The translations under genes were made by a program, and so were the position numbers. DNA of 62,752 nucleotides, filler included, from Stramenopiles sp. TOSAG23-2 (lineage: Eukaryota), in NCBI GenBank assembly GCA_900128395.1. It is 31 parts of 31 records of this genome, joined end to end, with 100 filler letters (N's around TTAATTAATTAA, not from the genome) between each part and the next. Parts side by side here need not be neighbours in the genome. Positions count along the whole stretch, not along the records: positions 1 to 1,947 come from LT652185.1; positions 2,048 to 3,994 come from LT652186.1; positions 4,095 to 6,036 come from LT652187.1; positions 6,137 to 8,076 come from LT652188.1; positions 8,177 to 10,114 come from LT652189.1; positions 10,215 to 12,152 come from LT652190.1; positions 12,253 to 14,189 come from LT652191.1; 24 more parts are not named here. One strand, 5' to 3'. The notes beneath the pieces are model-generated. The model worked only from the letters and a program-made list of their open reading frames with translations. It was not told where the DNA came from and did no database searches. Within the stretch, counting starts at the first letter, position 1. Each line of letters begins with the position of its first letter. Below, piece after piece: positions 1 through 12,254 of the stretch.

Positions 1-1
1 A

Positions 2-1947
2 TCGACATCGCAAAATGCTAGTGTGGCAGAGATTGAATCATTAAAGAAAACATTGACAGATAAGGAAGCTGAATATGAAAATACTGTTAAATCAATGAAA
101 GAAAAAAATGTTGCTGATAATAAGAAGCGTTTACATGCAGTAAAAGTAAAATTTGAGAAAATGGAAACAAATTATAAATCCGAAATGTCAAAATTACAAA
201 CATCAAATGATGAAAATGTTACAAAAATGACTAAATTAAGTGAGGAGCTTGAAAAAGCTAAAAAAGATTTAGAAGCATCGCAAAGTGAAATTGAGCTTAC
301 GACGGGACAATTGAATAAAATAATGTCAGCAAATACCGATAATGAAAAAGCAAAAAGCAAATTTAAAGAAGATCACGATGCAAAAGTAAAATCATTAGAG
401 GAAACTCATACTTCCGCAATTAGAAAACATGTCGATGAAATAAAGTCATTGAAATCATCAATGGAAGAAGCAAAAGTAGAGAGAACGAATATGGAGACGA
501 AACATAAATCAGAAATGGATGGACTGGTATCAAACCATAAAAGTGAGATTGAAAAATTAAATAATGATTTTGCTACAAAAGAATCTGAAATAAAATCAAG
601 TTTATCGTCATCGCAAAATGCTAGTGTGGCAGAGATTGAATCATTAAAGAAAACATTGACAGATAAGGAAGCTGAATATGAAAATACTGTTAAATCTATG
701 AAAGAGAAAAATGTTGCTGATAATAAGAAGCGTTTGCATGCAGTAAAAGTAAAATTTGAGAATATGGAAACAAATTATAAATCCGAAATGTCAAAATTAC
801 AAACATCAAATGATGAAAATGTTACAAAAATGACTAAATTAAGTGAGGAGCTTGAAAAAGCTAAAAAAGATTTAGAGGCATTAATATCAAACCATAAAAG
901 TGAGATTGAAAAATTAAATAATGATTTTGCTACAAAAGAATCTGAAATAAAATCAAGTTTATCGTCATCGCAAAATGCTAGTGTGGCAGAGATTGAATCA
1001 TTAAAGAAAACATTGACAGATAAGGAAGCTGAATATGAAAATACTGTTAAATCTATGAAAGAGAAAAATGTTGCTGATAATAAGAAGCGTTTGCATGCAG
1101 TAAAAGTAAAATTTGAGAATATGGAAACAAATTATAAATCCGAAATGTCAAAATTACAAACATCAAATGATGAAAATGTTACAAAAATGACTAAATTAAG
1201 TGAGGAGCTTGAAAAAGCTAAAAAAGATTTAGAGGCATTAATATCAAACCATAAAAGTGAGATTGAAAAATTAAATAATGATTTTGCTACAAAAGAATCT
1301 GAAATAAAATCAAGTTTATCGTCATCGCAAAATGCTAGTGTGGCAGAGATTGAATCATTAAAGAAAACATTGACAGATAAGGAAGCTGAATATGAAAATA
1401 CTGTTAAATCTATGAAAGAGAAAAATGTTGCTGATAATAAGAAGCGTTTGCATGCAGTAAAAGTAAAATTTGAGAATATGGAAACAAATTATAAATCCGA
1501 AATGTCAAAATTACAAACATCAAATGATGAAAATGTTACAAAAATGACTAAATTAAGTGAGGAGCTTGAAAAAGCTAAAAAAGATTTAGAGGCATTAATA
1601 TCAAACCATAAAAGTGAGATTGAAAAATTAAATAATGATTTTGCTACAAAAGAATCTGAAATAAAATCAAGTTTATCGTCATCGCAAAATGCTAGTGTGG
1701 CAGAGATTGAATCATTAAAGAAAACATTGACAGATAAGGAAGCTGAATATGAAAATACTGTTAAATCAATGAAAGAGAAAAATGTTGCTGATAATAAGAA
1801 GCGTTTGCATGCAGTAAAAGTAAAATTTGAGAAAATGGAAACAAATTATAAATCCGAAATGTCAAAATTACAAACATCAAATGATGAAAATGTTACAAAA
1901 ATGACTAAATTAAGTGAGGAGCTTGAAAAAGCTAAAAAAGATTTAGG
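2..1947 (+). CDS. Internal fragment of a long coiled-coil tandem-repeat protein (119-aa units)
   Basis: Frame open across the whole scaffold; K/E/S-rich heptads; both ends truncated. Confidence 0.85.
604..1947 (+). repeat. 357-bp near-identical coding tandem repeat
   Basis: atcgtcatcgcaaaatgctagtgtggcag recurs at 604, 961, 1318 and 1675; the unit starting at 1 carries an extra 246 bp. Confidence 0.95.
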
Positions 1948-2047
1948 NNNNNNNNNNNNNNNNNNNNNNNNNNNNNNNNNNNNNNNNNNNNTTAATTAAT
2001 TAANNNNNNNNNNNNNNNNNNNNNNNNNNNNNNNNNNNNNNNNNNNN
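1948..2047. other. Artificial scaffold spacer, first of 30 such spacers
   Basis: N-run + TTAATTAATTAA (stops in all six frames) + N-run recurs about every 2 kb; intervening scaffolds shrink steadily in length. Confidence 0.98.
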
Positions 2048-3994
2048 GAAATAGTCATTGAGCGAATCGAAACAGAATATATTTCTCAGTCTTATTTTAC
2101 ACCAGAGGAAATAAAACGAGCATCATTAGCATGTGAAGGTTTATGTAAATGGATTATTGGCATGGTAAGGTATTTTCGTATAACGCAAACTATAAAGCCA
2201 CAACAAATGGCACTCAAAGAAGCGGAGGAAGATGTAATGTTTGCGAAAGAATTGTTAGCAAAAAAACAAAAGAACGTTTTATCAGCTGAAAAGCGTTTAA
2301 AACAACTTGAAAAGCAATTAACTCGTGCGTCTGATGATAAAAAATCAGTTATGCGGTTGGAGTCAGAAAGAGTGCGCTGGGAAGCTGCATTAGAGGCCAT
2401 CAGTGTAGATGGAGCAACCATTCCTGCGGATGCTCTGCTATCTGCAGCGTATGTAGCATACTGTGGTCCATTTAGTATGGATCAACGAAAGGATATGTTT
2501 TCCAAATGGGGTAAAATTGTGCACATGAATAAATTGGACACTGCTATGGTAATAGAAGATGATGATGATAAAAGTTTTATCTCAGCAACTTTTGATCCAA
2601 AATGTGTCCTTATTCAGGAGGATGATATTTTACGTTGGGTGTCCACTGGTTTACCGAATGACAATGGTTGTATTGGTAGCGCGATGATATTGACTGAAAA
2701 CATGGGACGCCGGCGTTGGCCATTGTTGATTGATCCATATGGTTTTGGTATGTACTGGATCAAAAATGTATATAGCAATGATATGGGTAAGCCTCTAACA
2801 AGNNNNNNNNNNNNNNNNNNNNNNNNCTAACAGTATCAGTTGATGATAAAAATATTGACATTATTGTATCTAGAGGAATTAAGGAAGGAATTACTGTTAT
2901 TATCGATTTGGGAACTACTACTAGGATTGACGAAAAATTTTCAAGCATACTAGCTTTGGAGGAAAATGTCTCTGACAACAGTGGTGGTACAAAGACAATT
3001 CCTCATGTAACATATAATAACGAACTTTTGGATTACGATCAAGATTTCAAGCTGGTTTTTGTGACCCAATCTAAGTTATCAAGTGATCAATCATGTTCGC
3101 AACCTACGATTTTGTTTGCCTTATCGTCAAAAGCATTGGAGAAAGAATTATTATGGATTATTTCGTATGAAGTGTTACCGGAAGAATCTGAAATTAGACA
3201 AAACGCTATGTCAGCGCAGGCTAGACTCAGCACTGAAAGTAAGCGATTACAAAATGAAATCTTAGAGTTGTTAAATGAATCTGAAGGTAGTATGATGGAA
3301 GATGAGAATTTATTACGTGTTTTGAATGATTCAAGGAGAAAAACTTCCGAGTGCCAACATGCTATGAAGAGTGCACGTAACAAAATAATACAATCCTCGG
3401 AAAAAATCGAATGGTTTAGACCATTAACCGAACGTGCAGTATTGTTGTATAAAATTTTAGCTAAAATGCAAGAATCGAAACCTGCATATAATTTCTCTCT
3501 AACGTGGTTTATATGTATTCTGTTGACAATAATTCGAGATGACGAAGATATTCTTGTAACGGAGAAAGATGAAAGTGAAACTGTGGATGAGAGGGATGGA
3601 AAAAAAAGTAAAAGGAAAAAAACAAAGCATGTGGATCGAGATGCGTCATCGTTAGCCTTCATGATATACTCTACTGTAATCTCTCGAGAAGATTATCTAT
3701 TGCAAAATAAAGGTAAAAAAACTGAAAGTGCTGCAAAGGTTGAAGTAGTAGTTCAAGATTTACATTATAACGATGAAGGGGAGAATAATGTTTCCGAAGA
3801 AAATATATTTCAGCAACAAATGAATAAAATTAAAGATGCAGTTGTTTTATTGACAGAAAGAGTTATTCAAGATGCTGGCATGGGTATGTTTTTAGAAGAC
3901 CATGTGTCGTTTGCATCAGCAATTTGTATCGAAATATTACAATTGTCTGATAAAGAAAAGGATATGGTTTCCAGGAATGCCGACTCATTTGAAC
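2048..3994 (+). CDS. Divergent dynein heavy chain fragment (stalk/MTBD, CC2, AAA5, strut), interrupted by an internal N gap
   Basis: Upstream-open frame FTPEEIKRASLACEGLCKWIIGM; ERVRW; DALLSAAYVAYCGPF; GLPND; RRWPLLIDPYG; EILELLNESEGSMMEDENLL; YNFSLTWF. Confidence 0.85.
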
Positions 3995-4318
3995 NNNNNN
4001 NNNNNNNNNNNNNNNNNNNNNNNNNNNNNNNNNNNNNNTTAATTAATTAANNNNNNNNNNNNNNNNNNNNNNNNNNNNNNNNNNNNNNNNNNNNAGATAA
4101 ACGTGGGTATTTGTGCTTGTGGGAGTAAGCGTTTAAAAATATACGTATCATTTTGTTTAATTATAATTTTACAAATATCATTACGTTCGTTCGTATGAGT
4201 ACAAAATGAGAAACCTGGTATACTACGAGGTATATATATATTAACTTTTGAGATATATTGTCGTGTCTAATTGTCTAATATTATATTTTACATTATCTAT
4301 AAACAACTATAATAATTT

Positions 4319-5674
4319 TTACGAAGCATTCAACCTATTTTTACCAATTATTTGATCTTTCCTTGCCCTTCTTTCATCAGCAGTTTCTCGTTTCCGTCTA
4401 TTACCACTACTACTACGTTTTTTTTTCCTTCTACCACCTAAATTTACTTTCTTTAATACTTTAATACGATCATAGCTTTTTTTTCTATCCATAACAAAAC
4501 CAGCCCTTGGAACATGCTTCCATTCTTTTCTTGCACTTTCATATGGTAATAAGCGAAATGTTTTATTTCCAATGCGTTCATTTGCTTCATCTATCACATT
4601 GCGTTCTTTTACATTGATTAAATTGTTCTTACTAGCTAAATTTATTTTCGATTTAACATTCTTGGCACTTTTTTTCAAAGAATCTGCTCCAGCTTTCATC
4701 ATTATTCGTTTTGGACTTTTACCATTACGCCCAACCTGCCCATCAAACAACATTCCTAATTGCTCATCTTCATCTAATGTATATGCAACACCTTTATAAA
4801 CCTTAACAGTAGTTCCATATGCATATCTTATCCGTCTACCTTTTTGAGATTCTAAAGCAGATTTAAAATTAGCAGTTTTTGTTTTTCTATTCCAGGGTTG
4901 CTTCATTTGTTTTTTTGACATTGCAGGTCTAGCAACGCATTCATTATATGCATGAATTGCTTTACCAGTCAATTCCCTTCTGCGCCTGGTTGATCTAGGT
5001 CGTATACGATGTGGGTTTACAGTTTCCATGTCTTTTCTAAAATCATCTGGTCTATCGTATTGCGTGGAACTATTCCATGACTGTGCCGTTTTTGGTCGTG
5101 TACGCCCACCGTACATTACACGATGATTTTGGTAATCAGTAAAGCGAATTCGACCACGTATAGCTGGTCTTTCAAAATATTGTTGGCGTTGTGATGGTGC
5201 TAATATGGCTGCTGGTTCTAACGAAGGTTCTTCCTCAACAACTTTTGGTTTTCTACTAACAAAATGTTCCTTATTTGCAACTTCCTCTTCTACTTCTTCT
5301 GGGGGTTGAAAATTTGAGAAAGATACTACGTTTGGGTTATCTTTATTTAATAAAGATGTCATACTACCAAAATCAACGCTTGGATTTGCTATTAATGTTT
5401 TTTTACTTTTCCTATTTTTTTTATCATTGTCGTTTTTATTTGCATTATTATTATTATTATTTTTCACTGGGGAACGGATTGATGCTTTTCCAATACCACC
5501 TATATTTTTCTTTGAGGATGAAGCACCACCAATACCCAGTTTACCACTATCTTTTTTTCGAGATGGTGATATGTGAGACAATGGTGATTTTTTACTATTA
5601 ACTGGTTCTTTTGGTACATCTTTCACAGTAAAAGAAAACTTTACGACTTCATCTGAAAATAATTGAGCTGCCAT
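4319..5674 (-). CDS. Hypothetical basic (K/R-rich) low-complexity protein
   Basis: Complete 451-aa ATG-initiated ORF in AT-rich flanks; no recognisable domain. Confidence 0.7.
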   Translation of the reverse strand: MAAQLFSDEVVKFSFTVKDVPKEPVNSKKSPLSHISPSRKKDSGKLGIGGASSSKKNIGGIGKASIRSPVKNNNNNNANKNDNDKKNRKSKKTLIANPSVDFGSMTSLLNKDNPNVVSFSNFQPPEEVEEEVANKEHFVSRKPKVVEEEPSLEPAAILAPSQRQQYFERPAIRGRIRFTDYQNHRVMYGGRTRPKTAQSWNSSTQYDRPDDFRKDMETVNPHRIRPRSTRRRRELTGKAIHAYNECVARPAMSKKQMKQPWNRKTKTANFKSALESQKGRRIRYAYGTTVKVYKGVAYTLDEDEQLGMLFDGQVGRNGKSPKRIMMKAGADSLKKSAKNVKSKINLASKNNLINVKERNVIDEANERIGNKTFRLLPYESARKEWKHVPRAGFVMDRKKSYDRIKVLKKVNLGGRRKKKRSSSGNRRKRETADERRARKDQIIGKNRLNAS

Positions 5675-6503
5675 TTTACTACTAAATAATGTATTAATTA
5701 TATTAATTAATAATTATTTAATAATTATCTATGGTCTATTAAAACAATTATACCTACTATATTATAACTATCTATAAATTAGTATTATATATGACATATA
5801 CAAAAATTTGGGTATATCACTAGTTGATTGACTGTTTTTTTATATCGAAAGTTGAATGTTTAGTATTGCTTACTCTATTTCTTTCATTTGATCACACCAT
5901 ATATATATTTTTATAATAACAACGGTTAGTAATAATTCCATTTAGTAGTTACGTATAGTAGTTACGAATATTATTTATATAGTCTAGCTACTGTAGTAGT
6001 TACGCATAGTCCCTTACTAGATGTGGACTTGACGATNNNNNNNNNNNNNNNNNNNNNNNNNNNNNNNNNNNNNNNNNNNNTTAATTAATTAANNNNNNNN
6101 NNNNNNNNNNNNNNNNNNNNNNNNNNNNNNNNNNNNGCTGTTCATCAGGACGATTTGAAATCATCGTATTGATATTTGATGAAAAGAGTGTAATCTGGTA
6201 TAAGGTACATGTAGATATGCAGGTTTTAGATTTGACACATCAGGTTTCACCACTTCGTATAGTTTATTTTTTTTGATATTCTAATTTCCCTTTCAAGTAC
6301 AACTTATTGTAATTTGAATAGCGTAATACTGTTTCATGTGATTTCATATAAGACTCATATGAAATAAAAAAACTACGAAGAGTTCTCCACTTTAATAAAC
6401 CATTTAACTTGCTATTGTATTATAATTACTTCGTACTTTTATTTTACTTTTTTAAATTTTCATTTTTATATATATAATATATATTTATTATTTAAAAGCA
6501 TTT

Positions 6504-7279
6504 TTAACATTTTCCTTGAATTAACTTGGACCCATCGACACATTTTCTCTCTTTTTTAAGCTCACGAGTATGTGAGAGAGTGAGAGGGCATTCTTCAGCA
6601 CTGTAGTGTATTTCACACTTGACACCATCGTTTCCTTTCTCTGGCCAAGTATCACACTTTATCTGATTTGTGCACTTGGAATATGTCTTGAAGTCTTCCT
6701 TTGCCCAATGTAATCTTTTAATCAGCTGATCTCTCAATTCAATATTATTTTCTAGACGATGGCTAATGTACTTGTCAAGTGCGCAAAACAAACATGACAA
6801 ATAAGTGTTATGATCATATTTTTCATATTTTTCACTGCATACGCTATTTTTATTTCCGTGATCCAATCTATAATTTTCTTCACGTTCTTTAATCAATTTT
6901 TTGTATAGAAAACTTTCAGATTCCATTGGATTTGGGACTTCCTTGAAATTCTTGCTTAAATGTTTTAAATAGCGGCATTGGTTATCAAGGCTAAATTCAT
7001 CAACTTTCCCACCAATCAAGCCAAGTTGTTTAGAAAGAAGTTTTCTAAATCGACAATTTTCGAGGGAATTTTTAATTCTTTTGCAACTTTTTTAGCAGCT
7101 AATATCGCTCCGAAAGAGTGAATCGTAGTTTGACTTGAACTGCCATTTAGTGTTTTTCGTGAATCACTCGTCTCATCGATCATAGGATTATCAACCATAT
7201 TTTTTAAAATGTTATTTGGCTTTTTTGTGGGTGGCAAATCTTGTGACTTGCATTTTTTTTTACGAGAGTCAGTGTACAT
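6504..7279 (-). CDS. Hypothetical protein: two overlapping ORFs (7016-7279, 6504-7019), possibly one frameshifted gene
   Basis: Downstream frame stays open back to about 7092, next to an A6 run; Cys-rich C-terminus. Confidence 0.4.
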
Positions 7280-8177
7280 TTTTTGAAAAAAATACTTGCT
7301 TCAAATGTAGTGATACCGTTTCTTTTTTATGTAGGTGTCCGTATATATGGTTATTATGATTTATTATACATCTATACATCTACTTTAAAATGTGTGGTAC
7401 ATTACATGTATAGTTTCTATATACAATATACAGTATGATGTATGATGCACATATATTTTATTCTTTATTCCTACTATGCACCTGATATGTGCATATACAG
7501 TACATGTATGTGGCCAAAGAAAAGGGTCAAAAAATTGCATTTTTTCTATCTATTATATAATAGTGTGGGATCCAAGTACATCATATTCCTATCAAATACA
7601 GGTAGAACCGAGTGTGAGAAAATCACCCATCATAGCCAGATAGCTAGCCCATCTCATACCTCATATAACTTGATAGCTGGATAGCTTAAGCTGGATATTA
7701 TGCTGATGGATATAATAGCCAGGATAGCCAGATATTATTAGAATTATAGCTGGATATAATAGCGCAAAAAAAACTGCAAATAATATGCACATATGGATGG
7801 ATTGCCCAAATAGATATACAGTATATACATCAACATAAACAATACGACGTAATAATTGATATATAGACCGTAATAATTACAATAGTAATAATTACACACA
7901 CACATATATATAAACAACTAGGACTTCGTACTTTTGGTAGTTATAAATATCCATTACTGTATGAAAGATACATTACACATTAACATTTGTTGTTGTTGGT
8001 ATAGATTATATACCTGGTAACAAAGATATTTGTTATTTAAAGCGACTCAATATATTCATTTACATTTTAATCCATCNNNNNNNNNNNNNNNNNNNNNNNN
8101 NNNNNNNNNNNNNNNNNNNNTTAATTAATTAANNNNNNNNNNNNNNNNNNNNNNNNNNNNNNNNNNNNNNNNNNNNT

Positions 8178-10114
8178 ATCATCTACAAAGATGATAAAGA
8201 AGCTGAAGAACATTTTACACTGGGTCGATTAATCGACGTAACTGACGACACAAAATGCACTTTCTTTGTAAATTGGGAAGACAGCAAAACAGAGCGTGAA
8301 AGCATCGATATTATTGACTATTGGATAGTTGTCCAGATAGGGAATGAAACACCGAAAGATTTTGGAATGTTCAGATTATATTTTAATGTTGATCGAAATA
8401 AAAAGTATTGTAGCAAAGATAAAAATCCGAAAGTAGAAAAACCACCATTGGTATTTGATGAATTTGAGGTGGAGCTACTCGGCAATCCGCCTCAAAAAAA
8501 AATATTCCGGTCAAAAAACCATCATGCAAATACTCATACAATCAAAATCACATTGAAACCACAACGAAAACAAGAGCTATTTAGAAAAGTTATACGACAA
8601 AAAAAACGCCAACGGGATCAACAACAGGATGGAAATGGTAAAGCAATATTTAAAGAAGCTGAAATTGGTACTGCTCCAGCTGGTAACATAGTTTCATCGG
8701 TCGACTTGCTCATTTCCGAGGAAGACACACTCGGTTCAAAAAGTTTTTATAACATAAAAGCAAACCATGGTGAATTTGGTACATTAAAAGCACGTCAATT
8801 AAAAGTTACCAGCGATCCAAATTTTAAAACAATTATTTCAACATGTCCTAATAATATATTAAAATCAGTGACCAAAGATTTAGAATTATATATTTATGTA
8901 TGGCGTGATGAATATGGCAATTTAACTAGTGATATAGATGCTGGGCCAATGGCTGATCAATTATGGGAATTAAGCCAAAAAATAGGAATACCATTAGTAA
9001 CATTTCATGATGGTAGTCCAGTAAATTCTGAGGAAGAAATGAAAAATCGGGAGCAAAATGGTAAACATTTAATTGTATGCAATAATGCTTTAAATACATT
9101 AAATCTTCAATGTATAAAAGAATTAAAAGAACAGCAAGATATATTCCAAGAATTCACAGACGAACAAAAGAAATACGTTGAACAGTTTTCAATTGAATGT
9201 GAAAATATCAATAAAAATATCCAAACATTGATGAATCAAGTCGAGAAAAATAGAAATGATATTGAAAATAACAAGGCGCGTCTTAAAGCATTAGAAGACA
9301 ATAACAAGAAGAAACAATATCATCCTTTTCATATCATTCCATATAAAAATACAAAAGGAATTATATTTGTATGTATTGATTACCCTGAAAATATAAAAGA
9401 AGCAAATGCGATTGAAAAAATCACAAATGCAAAAATATTTAAAGGTACATTAGATGCATTTCGCGAAGAATTAAGCAAGGAAATATATACTTTTGTCCAT
9501 TTTATTGGTCATGGACAGATAACAATTGATACTACAAAACTAGAATTGACGTTTACTGATACAACTAGTACTCCACAAAAAATTCAATGTATTAAAATCG
9601 AAGTATTTCTAAAACTTTTGATACAAAATGACATAACATTATTTACAATGAGTGCATGTGAAACATCTCCTGTTGTGAAATTGTTTATTGAAAATGGTGG
9701 TTTATATGCCTACGGGTATAAGAAAAAAGTTGCCTCTGTTGCAGCGCCAATATTAAGTGAAGAATTTTACGAGCAACTTTTTAAAATGAATAAAACCCCT
9801 GAAAAGGCATTTGAATATGGTAAAACAGCTATTCTTACAAAAATTAAAGATATTCCTAAATGGGTCTTAAAAAATGAAATGCATGTGCATGAGCAAAAAT
9901 TTGATTTATTAAAAGACAATGAAGGTGGAGATCCAATTTTCAAAGAAAACGATGAAAAAATCAAAGAAATATACACTGAACGTGTAAAAGAATTGAACTT
10001 ATTGAGAGCATCAAAGGATGATACGTCCTTTTTAAAATTGGTTTTCAAATTTATTGAAAACCAAGAAAACTTTTCAAAAGTTATTGCTGCTCTAAACAAA
10101 AATGATGGGATGGA
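8178..10114 (+). CDS. Peptidase S74/ICA autocleavage domain + coiled coil + CHAT caspase-like protease (partial at both ends)
   Basis: TSDPNFK..LYIYVW..AGPMADQLWE..PLV..QCIKELK (S74); FVHFIGHG..LFTMSACETS..AAPILSEEFYEQL..AF (CHAT); frame open from 8178. Confidence 0.8.
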
Positions 10115-10690
10115 NNNNNNNNNNNNNNNNNNNNNNNNNNNNNNNNNNNNNNNNNNNNTTAATTAATTAANNNNNNNNNNNNNNNNNNNNNNNNNNNNNN
10201 NNNNNNNNNNNNNNTTATGAAAATTTTCCATGTCTAATTAGCATTTGGAAAAAGAGAAAATGAGGAGAGATGGGAGAAGAGGGGTAAAATGTACGAAACG
10301 TACAGAGAGAACTTAAAAATATTACGGGTGTAAAAAATACATTCTTTATATATAATCATATATATATATATATATTTAAATGAAACATGGAGCGAAGTTT
10401 TGGTGTGTTATGTTATTTTACACGGGCTCCTTCTTCTTTGTTTTTCTCAAGGTTTTTTCTTCTTGCATATTCTTTTTGACTTTCACATTATGAAAATTTT
10501 CCATGTCTAATTAGCATTTGGAAAAAGAGAAAATGAGGAGAGGTGGGAGAAGAGGGGAGAGATATACGAACGGTTCGTATGTACAATGTTTGAAACGTAC
10601 AGAGAACTTAAAAATGTACGGTGTAAAAGATATATTCTTTATATAAATATTATATAAATGAAACATAGAGCGAAGTTTTGGTGTGTTATG

Positions 10691-11602
10691 TTATTTTACA
10701 CGGGCTCCTTCTTCTTTGTTTTTCTCAAGGTTTTTTCTTCTTGCATATTCTTTTTGACTTTCACGAGATCCATATACAAAACCATGTTTATCCAAGCCTC
10801 GAGTAGAAGTTTTAAATGTGAAAGATCCATATGTATGTGCTCCTAAATAATGCATATGTAAAACAATTTTTGCTGTATTGCGACTATCAATAAGACCATC
10901 ATGTGCTCTACCATCAAATGTCATTCCAAGTCGTTCAACGCATTTTTGCAATCCACGAGCATCTTTTGTTTTATAATGTCGACGAAATAATACTTTTAAA
11001 TCAATCCATCGATCAAATACTTTAGGTATTGTATACTTTTTATACATTAACTCTTTTGCTAATTGTGAAATATCCGCATCCGACCAAGTTGTTATATACC
11101 ATTTACCAACTCTTTCATTATCTTTATTTATTAAATTATGTTTCTTCAGCCATGATAGATATTTATCTAGTGCATTAGGTAATGTTGGGGCATTATTGAC
11201 CATTTGTTGGGTAATACCTGTCAACTCAATCGAAAATTTTGTTAGGGTTGGATTCAAAACAGGTCGAACATATGTATTGAATTCATCTATTATTCTGCTA
11301 TTTGGACCATCCAATTTCACTAGTACTGATGGAAACTGTGTGATTTCCGAGATAGGCTCTACTTTTTGTCGGTTATCTGCTGTCCATTCAAAATCCAATA
11401 CGACTAAATGTGTTAATGCTGGTAAATTTTTTTTACGTTTTTTATTTTTAAAATCAGCAGCTGTTGGTGGACGTAAGCTACCCCATCCTTTGCGTTTCTT
11501 TTTTTTAGTAGTGATAATGGTGGTAGAGGTAGTGGAACTATTCAAAGACGTATTATTTATTTTCGAAAAGGAGGAAGAGGAGGACGAGAAGGAGGATGCC
11601 AT
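10691..11602 (-). CDS. ERI1/ERI2/ERI3-family DEDDh 3'-5' exoribonuclease
   Basis: VVLDFEWT, EITQFP, YVRPVLNPTLTKFSIELTGITQ, WIDLK, GRAHDGLIDSRNTA. Confidence 0.9.
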   Translation of the reverse strand: MASSFSSSSSSFSKINNTSLNSSTTSTTIITTKKKKRKGWGSLRPPTAADFKNKKRKKNLPALTHLVVLDFEWTADNRQKVEPISEITQFPSVLVKLDGPNSRIIDEFNTYVRPVLNPTLTKFSIELTGITQQMVNNAPTLPNALDKYLSWLKKHNLINKDNERVGKWYITTWSDADISQLAKELMYKKYTIPKVFDRWIDLKVLFRRHYKTKDARGLQKCVERLGMTFDGRAHDGLIDSRNTAKIVLHMHYLGAHTYGSFTFKTSTRGLDKHGFVYGSRESQKEYARRKNLEKNKEEGARVK

Positions 11603-12254
11603 GATGATATTAATAATAATTGTATCATGAAGAATATCTTGTATTGTTATATATTTCCTTACAAATTCTTTTTTCTTCTATATACTTCTTTCACAGCAAA
11701 TATTAAAATGTACATGTATAATTATATATGATATATATTAAATGAATTCAACAATTTTATATTACAAACAACAGTGCAACACTATATAAATAAAATAATA
11801 ATAATAAATCTAATTTTGCGCACTATTTTCGATTTACAGAGGTATTACCTATTAATAGACTATAGGCTGACCAGGCTGACACACCATTATACCATTTTGG
11901 TTGTATTTATACTTGCCTTTTAATAATATACTATACTACCACCAGGTTGTAGTATACCACCAGGTATTATATACTTCTCTTTTTTATTATATATATTATA
12001 GATTGCTGCACATGAACAACACAGTAAAAATCTATAGTATACACACAAACTGATGTAACAATATACAATATAAAGATAGATAAATACAACACTAATATAA
12101 TAATATACTATACTACCACCAGGTTGTAGTATACCACCAGGTATTATATACTNNNNNNNNNNNNNNNNNNNNNNNNNNNNNNNNNNNNNNNNNNNNTTAA
12201 TTAATTAANNNNNNNNNNNNNNNNNNNNNNNNNNNNNNNNNNNNNNNNNNNNGG

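Noticed and set aside
10215-10764. Head-to-tail duplicate of the ERI 3' end and UTR
   Set aside because: Two slightly different versions at a scaffold edge; most likely alleles or strains joined by the assembler
11921-12152. ~55-nt direct repeat at a scaffold end (also 30389-30443 and 48600-48650)
   Set aside because: k-mer-length terminal matches where the assembler stopped at a repeat
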